Source: Octopus vulgaris (taxonomy: Eukaryota). Taken from it: DNA of 64,000 nucleotides. The notes beneath the pieces were generated by a model that was not told the origin of the DNA, did not search any database, and saw only the letters and a program-made list of their open reading frames with translations. The stretch's first letter is position 1, and each line of letters begins with the position of its first letter. Shown piece by piece: positions 53,201-62,490 of the stretch. Position numbers and translations under genes: made by a program. The DNA lies in assembly GCA_951406725.2 (NCBI GenBank), contig OX597815.1:114762001-114826000 (forward strand), read 5' to 3'.

Positions 53201-56200
53201 ATTTAGGGGTTGTTTTTGACATTTTTAGATAGAAGTGATCTCAGGCAGATTGGTACTATATGAATGTTTGTATTTATGCATGTGCATATACACATATGTA
53301 CAGGCACCAACAACTTTATAAGATTTTAAGCTTACAGATTGATCTATTTTCCTCATGATAAACAACTATAAATGTAGACTTTTCATACTACAAAAACTGT
53401 TAGGCATTTACTCTACCATTTCTGCCATTCTACTGCCCAGAAAGAGTTTACAATATATTTGCATATCCTTATCCAATATCTGACAATTCTGTTGATTCAC
53501 TGCTCTTGACAAGTATGTCATTTTAATGACTTTGGTAAAATAAAAAGCAAAGTTGATCTCACAGAATTTGGAATCATAACATAAAGAGCCAGAACTAATG
53601 CTGCAATGCATTTTGTCTGATGCTCTTTACAACACCAACCATGTCAGTCTTCTCCACTACTATTGTAACAGTAACAATAATAATGATTTCTTACAATGAT
53701 GTAAAGCAATAAAACTCTAAGGAAGCATGTGGTATTACCAATTAAATAATCCCTAATATATAATATATGTAATACTGATGATGATTTTATTGATTGCAGA
53801 AAGTGCAAAAGCAAAATCAAACACAATGATTTTTGTAAAGAAATGTAACTTTATAACGCAAAGACATTTGGTTTGGTATTCCATGCTTTCAGTCAAATCC
53901 CTGCCTTCAATAATAACATAAGAACAGTTTAAATTCTAAGACTCTAATATGTCTTACCTGGTGGAATTTTTTCCTTGAAGTATAAAGCTCCTCATTAGCA
54001 TCCCGTCTTAGACGGTCATTATCTTTCTTTTTTGAAAGTTTCATATATTTTGCCATTGCTTGTTCATGCTCTGAATAAAGTTTTAAAAAATAACATTAGA
54101 AGAATCACAAATCTATGTTATATATGAGTTTGAATTGAATATATGAAGTAAAAAGATCATTTCAGAAAATTATATTCTTACCGTCAGAGGAAATTCTGTA
54201 CATTTCATACATGGTGCTAATTTCTGAGGAAAACACAAAAGAAAAAAGGTACATTGATTAGTAATTAATATAAAACAACCTCTTACAGAACACACCTCAT
54301 GGAAGATTAATATAAAAGAAATAAACATCTATACCTTCTAAGTCTGCTTGAAGAAATTTTGATAATGGATACATCATTGTCTCAGAAAATTGAGCAGCGA
54401 GAACTTGCTGAACAGAACTAATCTGAAAGAAAGAAGAGAATTGTCTAATTGAAGCTGGGCAAGAACAAATCAGTAATTAAATTAGTGTCTGTTACCATTG
54501 AGACCTCAAGTTCTTGGATTCTGTACTGCTGATTTCCTCTGCAACCCATCTGAGTAATGAGTACTCTGAAGAGGGGTGGCTGTTGCAACAAGTGTCACTG
54601 GCCATTCTCTGCAGCAATGCTTTCACAATTATGTCCACAAGGCTGAACATGCCATTTGGTCTGGGACATACAACCTGATACTCTCTCTCCCCACCCATCT
54701 TTTGCTTCTTAATTCCCACTTTCCTTTTTTTTTGTTTCCTTGGAGAAGTAGTTCTGGAGGTTTTGTTTCTCAATAGTTCAGTCTTTTATACTTTTAATGT
54801 TTTTTTCTTTTCCTCCTGTAAAAATATATTGCTAAATAAAAACTTTTATTTATAAAAAAAGGAAAAGAAACAGATACATGGTTTCTCCTATTTCTGTAAT
54901 TTTGATGTTGTCATTATGGAGTTGGTGATGATAATGGACAAAGATGAGGAGTAGGTGTAAGGAAGGGAAAGTAGTAGTATACTTATATTCCCAATACTAC
55001 ATTTTTATTAAATTTGAGTATGAACTCATAGGCTTTTATGTAACATCTAGAGAAATGATACAAATGTATATATGAAAATATTGTAATCTAACAGTAAAAG
55101 ATTATCTATAGAAAGAGAGAATGCAGAAACTTAGCTAACTTTAATAAAGGTGCTTTATTTTTATTGAATTAAAAGTAAATAAGTTCATATACAACGTGAT
55201 TTCTGATCCATTGTTACACAGCTGTGAGAGTGAGTCAATGAATCTTATAACTAAATATTCTGAGAATTTCACAAAGTAAAAAAATATCAGAAGGACATCC
55301 TAATTGCAAAGATACTATCATAGAGATTATTACATGAAATATATCACAACAATAATCATTGAAAGATGTTGGGATTAGCCAGGTTATCGGCTAAGATGTT
55401 GTATGACACTACAACAGGGATTCTTCTAGTGAACTAGTGATCACAAATTCAGAGTGCATGATGAGTAAGATAACTAGATGTCACTGTGAATGTGAAATGA
55501 ATATAGTACATGTAGATTTATATATACAGTACTATATAAAGAAACTATATACTATACAGTATCTTTTAACTTTTATCTCCAACTTGCTTCAGTCATTGGA
55601 CTCTGGCCACGCCTTGACAGGTTTTAGTCAAACAAATTGACCCCAACACTTATGTTTTTTCAAATTTGATTCTTATTCTTGCTATAAGGACTACTGATGA
55701 TTGACCAAATATACACAGAATCAGCATGTACTCCAGAAAAACTGGAAACCATTCCACAAGTGAAATTTGGAAGCACCTAAAAGCTGAAAGAACAGTATCA
55801 TAAAATAAAACAAAATTGACTACAATATGGGAAATAAATAATTATGAAATCAATATTGAAAATACAGAGATTTACTAGATTCCAATGCCATGACTTTTGT
55901 CTTATTCTTGTGTCTATTTAGCATCTCCTGAACATATATCCTTGAAAGAAACAAAAGTTTCTCCAGTTTCTTTTAATAATGAATTATACTGAAGAATTAA
56001 GAGAGATAATACTCACATCATCTAAGTAAGTAGCAAACTGGTTTAGGGTTGATATTAAAATACTATCTTCAGTCTCCAAGGGGAATTTCTGAAATATTAT
56101 GGTAAACAAAGCAAATATTACAATGTTTTTGCAGTTGTATAACATGTTCAAGTTTATCAGAATTCATTATATTATAATTTTAATGATTGTAATTTCCAAC

Positions 56201-58584
56201 AATTTTAATTCCAACAGGTTTAGGTTAATCATAATAACAATTAGTAATAAATTTTGATTATAAGTTGTAATATGATTACTGTCATAAGAATTCCTTAAAG
56301 CTTGCATATATATATATATATATATATATCATTGTTGTCATCATTTAACGTCCGTTTGCCATGCTGGCATGGGTTGGACAGTTTAACTGAGGGCTGGTGA
56401 GCTAGAAGGCTACACCAGTCTCCAATCTGATCTGGCAAAATTTTCTACAGCTGGATGCCCTTCTTAATGCCAACCACTCTGAGAGTGTAGTGGGTGCTTT
56501 TATGTGCCACCGGCATGAGGGCCAGTCAGGCAGTACTGGCATTGCTCAAATGGTGCTTTTTACGTGCCACCATCACAGGAGCCAGTCCAGCAACACTGGC
56601 AATGACCACGCTCAAATGGTGTTTTTTATGTGACACCGGCACGAGCCAGTCAAGCGATGCTGGCAACGATCACACTCAAATGGTGCTTTTAACTTTCCAC
56701 TGGCACAGTGCCAGTCAGCCGGTACTGTCATCAGCCATGAAAATGATTTCACTTGCCTCAACAGGTCTTTGCAAGTGTAGTTTATTGTCCAATGATTGAA
56801 GGGTACTCTTAAATGGGCTAGTTATACAGCACTGGCATAGGCCATGGTTACAGTCTCACTTGGCTTGCCGGGTCTTCTCAAGCACAGCATATCTCCAAAG
56901 GTCTCGGTCACTTGTCAATATATACATATATATATATATATATATATTTATGTGCATACATTAAATATATACAGAATAGTTAAATTTATGTTTGACTTGC
57001 ATAAAACTTTAATATCGTTCCTTACCTGAAGTTCATACATACGCAACTGCTGTGATAAGCACTGTGTTGCTGCACACAATTCATTCTGAAATGATAAAAA
57101 CATGAAGAAAGTATTATTATAAAACTAATAATCTTTTGCTGGCTTCAGTCATTAACTGCAGCCCAGCTGGAGGACCACATTCAAAAGTTTTAGTTGATCC
57201 TTTTGACCTCACTACTTATTATGATCTGATAAAAGTTTAAATAGTTATTTGTGTACTGTTATTTACATTATGTTGTAAGCAGAATAATCTGGTAGAAATG
57301 TAGTAAAAATAACAACACAAAACATGATGTCAATTGAGATTTTAGAAATTTATTATTGAAAAATACCTCAGGACAGAAATGTAAAATCAAAACAGAACTG
57401 AGGCACTTTAGCTCAGAGATGTTTGACAATCAATTACATATGTATGTTATAACTCTCCAGGGTAAGTCAGATAATTCCATTTGCCCAACTACTTATCTAA
57501 CAACAGATCCATCTTATCTTTGTTATTGTTGTTATTATTGATATAGAGGAAAACAATAAAACAATGTACTAACTCACCAGCTCAAAATACTAGATATACA
57601 AATATAAGATATCTGACATGCCCCTTAGACTCCAACATCACAATTTAAGATTCAGACATAAATCCTCTCATTTGAAGAGAGTTTGTTAAAGTATATTTGA
57701 ATGTCATATTAAGCTAGTACACAGAAGCTCCAGTAATATGACCATCCTAGTAATAAGAAAGACATCTAGTTATAAAAGTTACAATATGCTGCAAAAATAT
57801 GCAAAGCATGTTCACATATTTTGCTTTTGCAAAACCCATTCTATCACTTCTAGAGAGTCTTCTTAATTAGATGCAATGAGCCTAAGGAGGGCAGTGTAAA
57901 GCCTTTTCAATCCCTCACAGAATAAGCAATAGCGGTAAATTCAGGAGGTTGCTGTTTAATTTGAAATTCATACAATTTAGAATTGGGATAGAGGAGGAAA
58001 CAGGGAGTTTATGAATTTTGGAAAAGTATGTTTGTGCAGCATTTAGTTCAAGATCTGAAGTGACAAGAAGGGGAGAGATAAGTGCAATGGGTAGAGGTGG
58101 AACAGAATTGTAGTAACAATAACAAAGACAGGATTCCAGATGTCAATGTAGAAGGCATTTTCTATACATATGAGCACCACTCCAAATCTGTAAAGAGCAT
58201 AGTAGTGTAAAGCATATTTGTGGTAGGGGTATGGTGAGATGAACAGTTAAAGCAAGGTTGTCAAGCTGATATAAATAGGACTAACAGGCCAAATGTCTTG
58301 AGTTCAAATTCACTGCATGTGATTCTATGTGTATTTGAGCATGTACACATAATTTTTTTTTACAATTTAGTTCACTTAGATGTCTGGAGCAAAGGAGAAC
58401 TTCACATTTGTTACATAAACAAATGAATTTAAAACAATTAAAAACATATTTCTGACAAGATCTTATAAAAGACTCAAAAACTTACTTGAGCAGAAAGAAT
58501 TCTTTGACAGCAATTGTGCAAATTGTTGGAATATTTCTTGAGGGACATGGCATCTTTTTCAAACAGGCCCAGCAGGCTTTTAGT
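14428..58584 (-). CDS. APPL1: APPL1/2-like adaptor (DCC-interacting protein 13; BAR-PH-PTB), 21 coding exons, first exon not in window
   Basis: 21 GT-AG exons join in one frame (2043 nt, 680 aa plus stop). BAR: TKSLLGLFEKDA...YTSRKKFHQ...LNALQYKRK.FLLEPILGY. PH: KAGYLFMR...WERGYFFTQGGNLM...DDRRFCF...ILQAENERERDEWIATLNNI. PTB: FTVRFIGSMEV...TMRHIMAARAIHNVLRMTES. C-terminus DDSEA*. Confidence 0.95.
16116..16151 (-). CDS. APPL1: APPL 36-nt exon
   Basis: QKNMENRKAEER, phase 0/0, donor gtaagt, tandem acceptor cagCAGAAG; charged like the vertebrate post-PTB coiled coil. Confidence 0.65.
18151..18201 (-). CDS. APPL1: APPL exon (end of PTB)
   Basis: ICQSIGKATSMAFKTLM. Confidence 0.9.
18738..19251 (+). 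mobile_element. terminally redundant 480-bp non-coding element (retrozyme or Penelope pseudo-LTR-like)
   Basis: Identical 34-bp direct repeats at 18738-18771 and 19218-19251; internal hammerhead motif; CpGs retained. Confidence 0.7.
19097..19155 (+). ncRNA. type I hammerhead ribozyme motif
   Basis: TATCA-CTGACGA-[AGG..GGTTC ttttt GAACT..CCT]-GAAA-TCGGTCCG-ATA-TGGTA: stem I TATCA/TGGTA, full catalytic core, palindromic stem III ATCGG-T-CCGAT, AUA triplet (cleavage after 19150). Confidence 0.75.
19977..20064 (-). CDS. APPL1: APPL exon (PTB)
   Basis: LLGFITVNKEEGSLSYTCHVFESSTPVLE. Confidence 0.92.
21453..21539 (-). CDS. APPL1: APPL exon (PTB)
   Basis: LVDTATNNVRTAFKLGDISYWCGHKEND. Confidence 0.92.
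21901..22233 (-). repeat. unclassified CpG-containing insertion between two microsatellites
   Basis: GC and CpG content clearly above the flanks; minus strand ends in tgatgatg; flanked by (GT)n and (ATGT)n. Confidence 0.45.
23875..24040 (-). mobile_element. tRNA-derived SINE (same family as 2217-2450)
   Basis: ggtacttattttatcgacccc...gaatttgaa...gattctgtcagctc. Confidence 0.7.
24840..24948 (-). CDS. APPL1: APPL exon (PTB)
   Basis: EALVNKTMRHIMAARAIHNVLRMTESELIISDTSL. Confidence 0.93.
25090..26410 (+). mobile_element. old, heavily decayed RTE LINE fragment
   Basis: Remnants of NYKGIKLIDQ, LDEMQF and VDEWFVRVVQVM, homologous to the RT at 34168-35130; (tga)n tail near 26400. Confidence 0.7.
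28149..28270 (-). CDS. APPL1: APPL exon (start of PTB)
   Basis: ...FKRKFTVRFIGSMEVPQDR. Confidence 0.92.
28584..28828. mobile_element. hAT-type MITE
   Basis: (t)ggtggttctcaa...ttggaaccactg termini; 8-bp TSD ctctaaag/ctctaaac. Confidence 0.7.
29708..29930 (+). mobile_element. second tRNA-derived SINE family with (GT)n tail
   Basis: ggcatggctatgtggttaagaag...aagttcaattc...ccaaagccttgtgagtagatttggtagac; related copies near 3600-3740, 20405-20530, 23545-23700, 44300-44465 and 48885-49010. Confidence 0.7.
30022..30180 (-). CDS. APPL1: APPL exon (linker)
   Basis: ...DSFLPDVPIQFDLMSP..., matching the APPL PDTPIQFD motif. Confidence 0.9.
30260..30480 (-). mobile_element. tRNA-derived SINE (family of 2217-2450)
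   Basis: aaattttggcacaaggccag...gctaacaattctgtcagctc. Confidence 0.7.
30516..33015 (-). mobile_element. internally deleted Ty3/Gypsy LTR retrotransposon (Mag/K02A2.6-like)
   Basis: TG..CA LTRs at 30516-30716 and 32814-33015; PPT aaaaggggaga next to 30716; PBS-like tggtgatgagg below 32814; gag remnants with two zinc knuckles (CFACGDIHLRKNC, CFRCGNIGHIKVHC) and integrase remnants (LVVVDSFSKWP, FGIPDVIMSDNG); no RT or RNase H visible. Confidence 0.9.
33016..35130 (-). mobile_element. young 5'-truncated RTE-clade LINE (RT plus PHD finger, 3' UTR, (TGA)n tail)
   Basis: ORF 34168-35139 has RT motifs (NYRGIKLL, QFGFVPG, FVDMEKAFDRV, GVHQGSVLSPLLF, LLYADDL) and continues after one frameshift near 34180 into 33584-34246 (GRGRPRKTW); (cat)n tail on + at 33017-33041. 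Confidence 0.95.
33196..33410. repeat. about 63-bp tandem repeat in the RTE 3' UTR
   Basis: atgtgccaccgacacaggtgccagacgaggctggc.gacggccacgctcggatggtgttt at 33196 and 33259, followed by diverged units. Confidence 0.85.
36965..37041 (-). CDS. APPL1: APPL exon (linker)
   Basis: DRVGSLGSKDYKKESFSPSVSIDET; good splice sites and required for phase (0 in, 2 out); low sequence conservation. Confidence 0.8.
37437..37830. repeat. foldback/MITE-like structure containing a local duplication
   Basis: Imperfect inverted arms at 37437-37504 and 37784-37830; internal 37507-37599 duplicates 36743-36834. Confidence 0.6.
37865..37948 (-). CDS. APPL1: APPL exon (end of PH)
   Basis: WIATLNNILRSNKTGKSKQSDSPSRKMK. 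Confidence 0.9.
38130..39330 (-). mobile_element. decayed RTE LINE endonuclease (APE) region
   Basis: FIIVAGNFNVPVD...HGGYRYGSRNEESVRLLEFSVATDLTICNTDF...HLITFQSG, an RTE/BovB-type AP endonuclease. Confidence 0.8.
39672..39848 (-). mobile_element. tRNA-derived SINE (family of 2217-2450)
   Basis: Near-complete reverse complement of 2217-2390. Confidence 0.8.
39938..39980 (-). CDS. APPL1: APPL exon (PH)
   Basis: SVILQAENERERDE. Confidence 0.92.
41320..41429 (-). CDS. APPL1: APPL exon (PH)
   Basis: VAGSLALDLSEEGMVAECTDADDRRFCFVVHNLSTK. Confidence 0.92.
43561..43706. repeat. 54-bp inverted repeat with a 38-nt spacer
   Basis: Arms 43561-43614 and 43653-43706, two mismatches by eye. Confidence 0.9.
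43885..44008 (+). ncRNA. degenerate type I hammerhead ribozyme motif with a long stem II
   Basis: ATCT-TTGATGA-AGCC.AGAG..TACCTCA...TGAGGTA..CTTCTTGGCT-GAAAC-AGCT-GTA-AGAT; core C3 is T here. Confidence 0.6.
44197..44465 (-). mobile_element. tRNA-derived SINE with a compound (CT)(AT)(AC) microsatellite tail
   Basis: Reverse complement of the 29708 family head and body. Confidence 0.8.
46337..46421 (-). CDS. APPL1: APPL exon (PH)
   Basis: KHSLLANKWERGYFFTQGGNLMYQFKDE. Confidence 0.94.
46608..47485 (-). mobile_element. cluster of three tandem SINE copies plus an RTE 3' tail (47070-47280)
   Basis: Three aa[c/a]tttgg[c/t]acaaggcc...attc.[g/a].ca[g/a] units of the 2217 family. Confidence 0.8.
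48265..48482 (+). mobile_element. tRNA-derived SINE (family of 2217-2450)
   Basis: aaggtggtgagctggtagaatcgttagc...gagttcaaattc...cttgtgccacaatttcaaa. Confidence 0.8.
49340..49700 (+). mobile_element. 3' end of a different LINE with a C-terminal C2H2 zinc finger
   Basis: RTCATCGKVCLSVEGLKRHVKRLH followed by a short UTR and a tatg/gt tail; no splice or gene context. Confidence 0.55.
49717..50290 (-). mobile_element. RTE LINE 3' fragment
   Basis: Homologous to 33017-33700 (WDEV.KHDL) with internal UTR repeats. Confidence 0.8.
50479..50643 (-). CDS. APPL1: APPL exon (BAR-PH junction)
   Basis: VQQELGQDTQKTIELIDTLE...NVNLVSKAGYLFMR. Confidence 0.93.
52761..52939 (-). CDS. APPL1: APPL exon (BAR)
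   Basis: TALHYYASLNALQYKRKCFLLEPILGYIHAQRTFFQMG...ITASVQ. Confidence 0.94.
53958..54070 (-). CDS. APPL1: APPL exon (BAR)
   Basis: (E)HEQAMAKYMKLSKKKDNDRLRRDANEELYTSRKKFHQ. Confidence 0.93.
54182..54223 (-). CDS. APPL1: APPL exon (BAR)
   Basis: (E)ISTMYEMYRISSD. Confidence 0.9.
54335..54422 (-). CDS. APPL1: APPL exon (BAR)
   Basis: ISSVQQVLAAQFSETMMYPLSKFLQADLE. Confidence 0.92.
56017..56088 (-). CDS. APPL1: APPL exon (BAR)
   Basis: KFPLETEDSILISTLNQFATYLDD. Confidence 0.92.
56330..56912 (-). mobile_element. RTE LINE 3' fragment inserted in a (TA)n tract
   Basis: Homologous to 4590-5100 and 33040-33630. Confidence 0.85.
57026..57085 (-). CDS. APPL1: APPL exon (BAR)
   Basis: NELCAATQCLSQQLRMYELQ. 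Confidence 0.92.
58486..58584 (-). CDS. APPL1: APPL exon (BAR)
   Basis: TKSLLGLFEKDAMSLKKYSNNLHNCCQRILSAQ; tttcag / gtaag. Confidence 0.93.
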
Positions 58585-60150
58585 CTGAAAGAAGATAGAT
58601 TAAAACAAAAGTGTATAATCACAAGTATTTAATTCTCTGTATTCCTAACTTTAGAATTATCTGTGAAGTATTTGCATATTATTTTCTATTAAGCACTACA
58701 GGTAGGTCATTTGTTTAAGATGTAACATGTCCCTAGCTAGCTGAGGAATGTACTGTTTACTATGATATGTAGTAGTGATTCATATAGGATGTAGAGCAAC
58801 AGCCTGAAATTTTTCGAAAGAAAGTAGAGCAGGAGTCTAGGGAGATTTTGTTGCAATTTCTAGTAGGTTGAGCAAAGGCAGGGAACCTTCTTAGTACCAG
58901 GGGTGAATTTAATTGTAAAAAATTTTGTAGATATGTCTATCATTATTGAGTACAATGAATCTTTAATTGATGAAATAATTATGAATCATATATCTTACAA
59001 TTCATAGGTATTAATGTTTGGGTCCTTAGGCTCAAACTACTTTTCTGTTTTCACACTGGCTTTCTGAAATTTTTCATCAATAGGTAATTTCAAATTTGAA
59101 TACAAGTGAAATTTCACCTGAAGGAGAGGACATTCTTTACCAATGACATAGAGGCTCCACCACTGGCTCATTCTACAGAAATGAAAACACTAAAAACAGT
59201 TGCCTATGTCTAAGGTTATGAGTCAAGCTGTTATGAGTCATGAATAGTTGAGTCAGAATACTCTCAAAACAACCAGTAAAAGAACAGTAGTTTGTATCTC
59301 ATGAACCATACAATTCTGTGTCCTCATTCAATACACTTAACTTTCAGTGATCCAGTCTTCCTAGCTGAATGTAGATACCATAAGATTTAAGCAACAATAG
59401 TAATCAAAGCCCCATAAAACTGGTGAATATTCAAGGTATCTTGCCATACTGAGTTCATGTACTCCTCTGGGCTTGAGTTATGCTATCACAACTATTCCAA
59501 GATAGATCCAAACTGAACTAAAACAAATGAGTGAATCAATTACTTTGACTCAATACTATGTTCCTTCTTAATTAAACAAATGATACAGATTTACTGTTCA
59601 GTAAAACTGTAGGTATATTATGTGCAAGAAGAAAAAAATTGTCAATATATAAGATGCACTGAATATAATTTTATGACTAATATAATATATATTTTATGAT
59701 ATAATTTTCCAATGTAGCTTTTGAGGGCAGGTCTTTTACAGCTAAATTATGCATATTATCCATTTTTGTTACTTGTTATTTCTGGGAAGGTCATGGGGAT
59801 AGAGTCTCCAGGCACCACCTCCATATCAGAAGCAGCCATCATTACACTTACTGGATCTTTTCCCTTTGAACAGCAGATCAAGAAATTAATTTTTTGTAGA
59901 TAAACACTTTCAAACTTCAGACACTGGTAGAATGTGTCATATAAAACATCTTTTACTCATTGTGTTGTTGAGAAAAGTTTATATTTTAGTTACAAAAAAT
60001 TAATTTCTCAATCTGCCATTCAAAGGGTAAAGATCCCGCTTACCTTCTGGATTTCTAAGTATGACCAGCTGAGACTATGGATATTATCCAACTATCTTGA
60101 TGTAGCCAACTCGTATGTCAACTGCTAGTTGGCTTGGCTTGAAGAACCTA

Positions 60151-60194
60151 TGTCTTAGGGAAATTTCGAACCTGGGTTCTCATTCCTAAGGTAC

Positions 60195-60232
<38 letters not shown>

Positions 60233-60324
60233 ATTATTATTATTCAGGTCACTGCCTGGAATCGAACTCAGAACCTTGGGGTTAGTAGCCGATGGGCATA
60301 TAGTGTAGTGGTTAAGAGTGCGGC
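60151..60324. mobile_element. truncated copy of the palindromic tRNA-SINE
   Basis: Homologous to 61301-61480 including the same head-to-head junction gttagtagcc.atgggcata. Confidence 0.85.
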
Positions 60325-61211
60325 ATTCTAACCACATGCCTGTAGTACCAGAGCTGTAACCTCTCAATATAGTGACTTAACCTAGAGAGACTCCTTGATT
60401 TCTGAGATGCACACTTTTGTCTAACATTGCATGTTATGCAATGGTAAATTTCTACTTTGTGCTAACTAATAATAAGTAAGTTATATCAACACAGATAAAT
60501 CTATGTGCGTATGTGTTTATGAGTATAAAATAATTACTGAAGTGGTGAGAGATCACATACAGATGAACTATAGAGGGCTACAAGATATTCCAGATGTGAT
60601 GTAACTCAGGATTAACGTAATTACATTTCTAAGTCACCTAGAGTAAAGCATTTCTAAGCTATAAACATCATCTTCCATGTTTGTGTTCTACATTGAATAT
60701 TTTTATTGGTTTACCCATTCAAATTAACATATGTAAATTATGTAAAATTCTACAAGCTTTTCCCATTTATATGTAGAACCAGAGCATATAATCAGCAAAA
60801 TTAATCTTGTAAAAGATCAAATAACTAAGAGAAGACAGCAGAAAATTTAGCTAAAACAGTCTTCAACTACATTATATCTTGGTTTCAAGTTTTAGTTAGA
60901 TATTTATTTATTTATATCTTTGATGTTCTTGAAAATGATAACAAGAATATCAAAACTTTCCATTTACCCATTCTCAAGAATAATAGATATCGTGCCTATG
61001 CAAAAATAAATAAACAGATAAATAAATAAAGTTTTACATTAATCACAGTCACAGTAGTAGCAACAGCAAAATAAACAGTAACAAGAGCCAACAATGAAAT
61101 GTCTATCATTCCCTTGACCTGCTAGAGATAGCAATCATTTTATCACCAAGAAATCATGCAGTTTTCCAGAGCTATGGAAAAGTTGATCATGCCTAAACAT
61201 TCAACAGACTA

Positions 61212-61359
61212 TTTACATTATTTACATTTGAGAGATATTTGTCCTCATCTTGTTTGTTGTTAACATGTTTCAGCTGATATACCCTCCAGCCTTCATCAGG
61301 TGTCTTGGGGAAATTTCAAACCTGGATTCTCATTCCTAAGGTACTTTTCGATATTGTTG

Positions 61360-61404
<45 letters not shown>

Positions 61405-61520
61405 TCACTGCCTGGAATCGAACTCAGAATCTTGGGGTTAGTAGCCCATGGGCATATGGTGTAGTGGTTAAGAGTGCAGACTAATAACCTCAAGATTCCA
61501 AGTTCGATTCCAGGCAGTGA

Positions 61521-61577
<57 letters not shown>

Positions 61578-61746
61578 CAACAACATCGCAAAGTATCTTA
61601 GGAATGAGAACCCAGGTTCAAAATTTCCCCAAGATACCTGATGAAGGCTGGAGGGTATACCAGTCGAAACATTGTGTTAACAACAAACAAGATGAGGACA
61701 AATATCTGTCAAATGTAAATAATTCCTCATCTCTTAAATATAGAAC
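61212..61746. mobile_element. head-to-head palindromic tRNA-derived SINE with hammerhead-like tails
   Basis: Inverted arms about 61217-61447 and 61450-61723; A box TGGTGTAGTGG 61457-61467, B box AGTTCGATTCC 61501-61511; (AAT/AAC)n; CTGATGA..GAAAC at 61638-61670 and its mirror at 61267-61299; 14-bp TSD cattcaacagacta at 61198-61211 and 61747-61760. Confidence 0.88.
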
Positions 61747-61959
61747 CATTCAACAGACTACTTGTATGCTATAGGGCTGTTCAATCAAAGAAAATATCAA
61801 TTAACATTTTCAATATTAATCAGCATTAACTGTTTAGATTGGTATGTACTATATCCCTAACAATATTGACTGTTAATTCCCTGAAGGTTATTTTCTCCCA
61901 CATGGAATATGAAGAAAATGTCACAATCACCAAGGATCTCCTTCCTAGTGAAAGTACAT

Positions 61960-62490
61960 TCTTAGCATAGCTAGGATCTCATCCCAATGAATGACCCTTC
62001 TCTTCAGGGTCAGAAGTTACTTCATCTCCCAACAATTATTGACAATATACAATGCTCAGGTGAAGCCTGCAATGGAATATTGTTCTCACATTTGCAACAA
62101 TGCTGCTGCTGCACACATAGGCATCCTAAACCACACCCAGAAAAGGGTCACCTTATTTATTAGCATGAAGTCACTTACAGATATACTCTAGACTCCAGCC
62201 CACAGCTAAGTTGTCTCCTCCATCTTCCTTTTCCACTGATACTATAATAGCCTTTGTTCTGTGCAGCTGGCTTGACTCGTGCCACCTCCACTCAGGCCCA
62301 ACCATTCTGCTCTCCTTCCTCATCATCCTTGTTGTGTCAACCATAATCCTAAAACTGCACTAATCACTACACTCAGTCCTATCTTTCCAGAACATCAGCT
62401 CTATTAAATTCCTTCTCTGCTCATATTTTCCCCAAGTGTTGTCTAACAAAACTTCAAGAGGAACAGTAATAGCACCAATCTCACCAGTGT
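61960..62490 (+). mobile_element. decayed CR1/Jockey-group LINE 3' fragment
   Basis: LLTIYNAQVKPAMEYCSHI, the C-terminal motif of CR1-like ORF2. Confidence 0.65.

Noticed and set aside
54492-54773. 93-aa basic ORF (MRNKTSRTT...) as an independent gene
   Set aside because: Non-ATG start, low-complexity A-rich origin and no recognisable domain.
59756-59842. Short minus-strand ORF MMAASDMEVVPGDSIPMTFPEIT as APPL exon 1
   Set aside because: No similarity to the expected L..LEDSPQ N-terminus and no phase-0 donor; exon 1 is probably beyond 64000.
61450-61522. tRNA gene
   Set aside because: It has A and B boxes but no acceptor stem, and continues into a repeat body; it is a SINE head.
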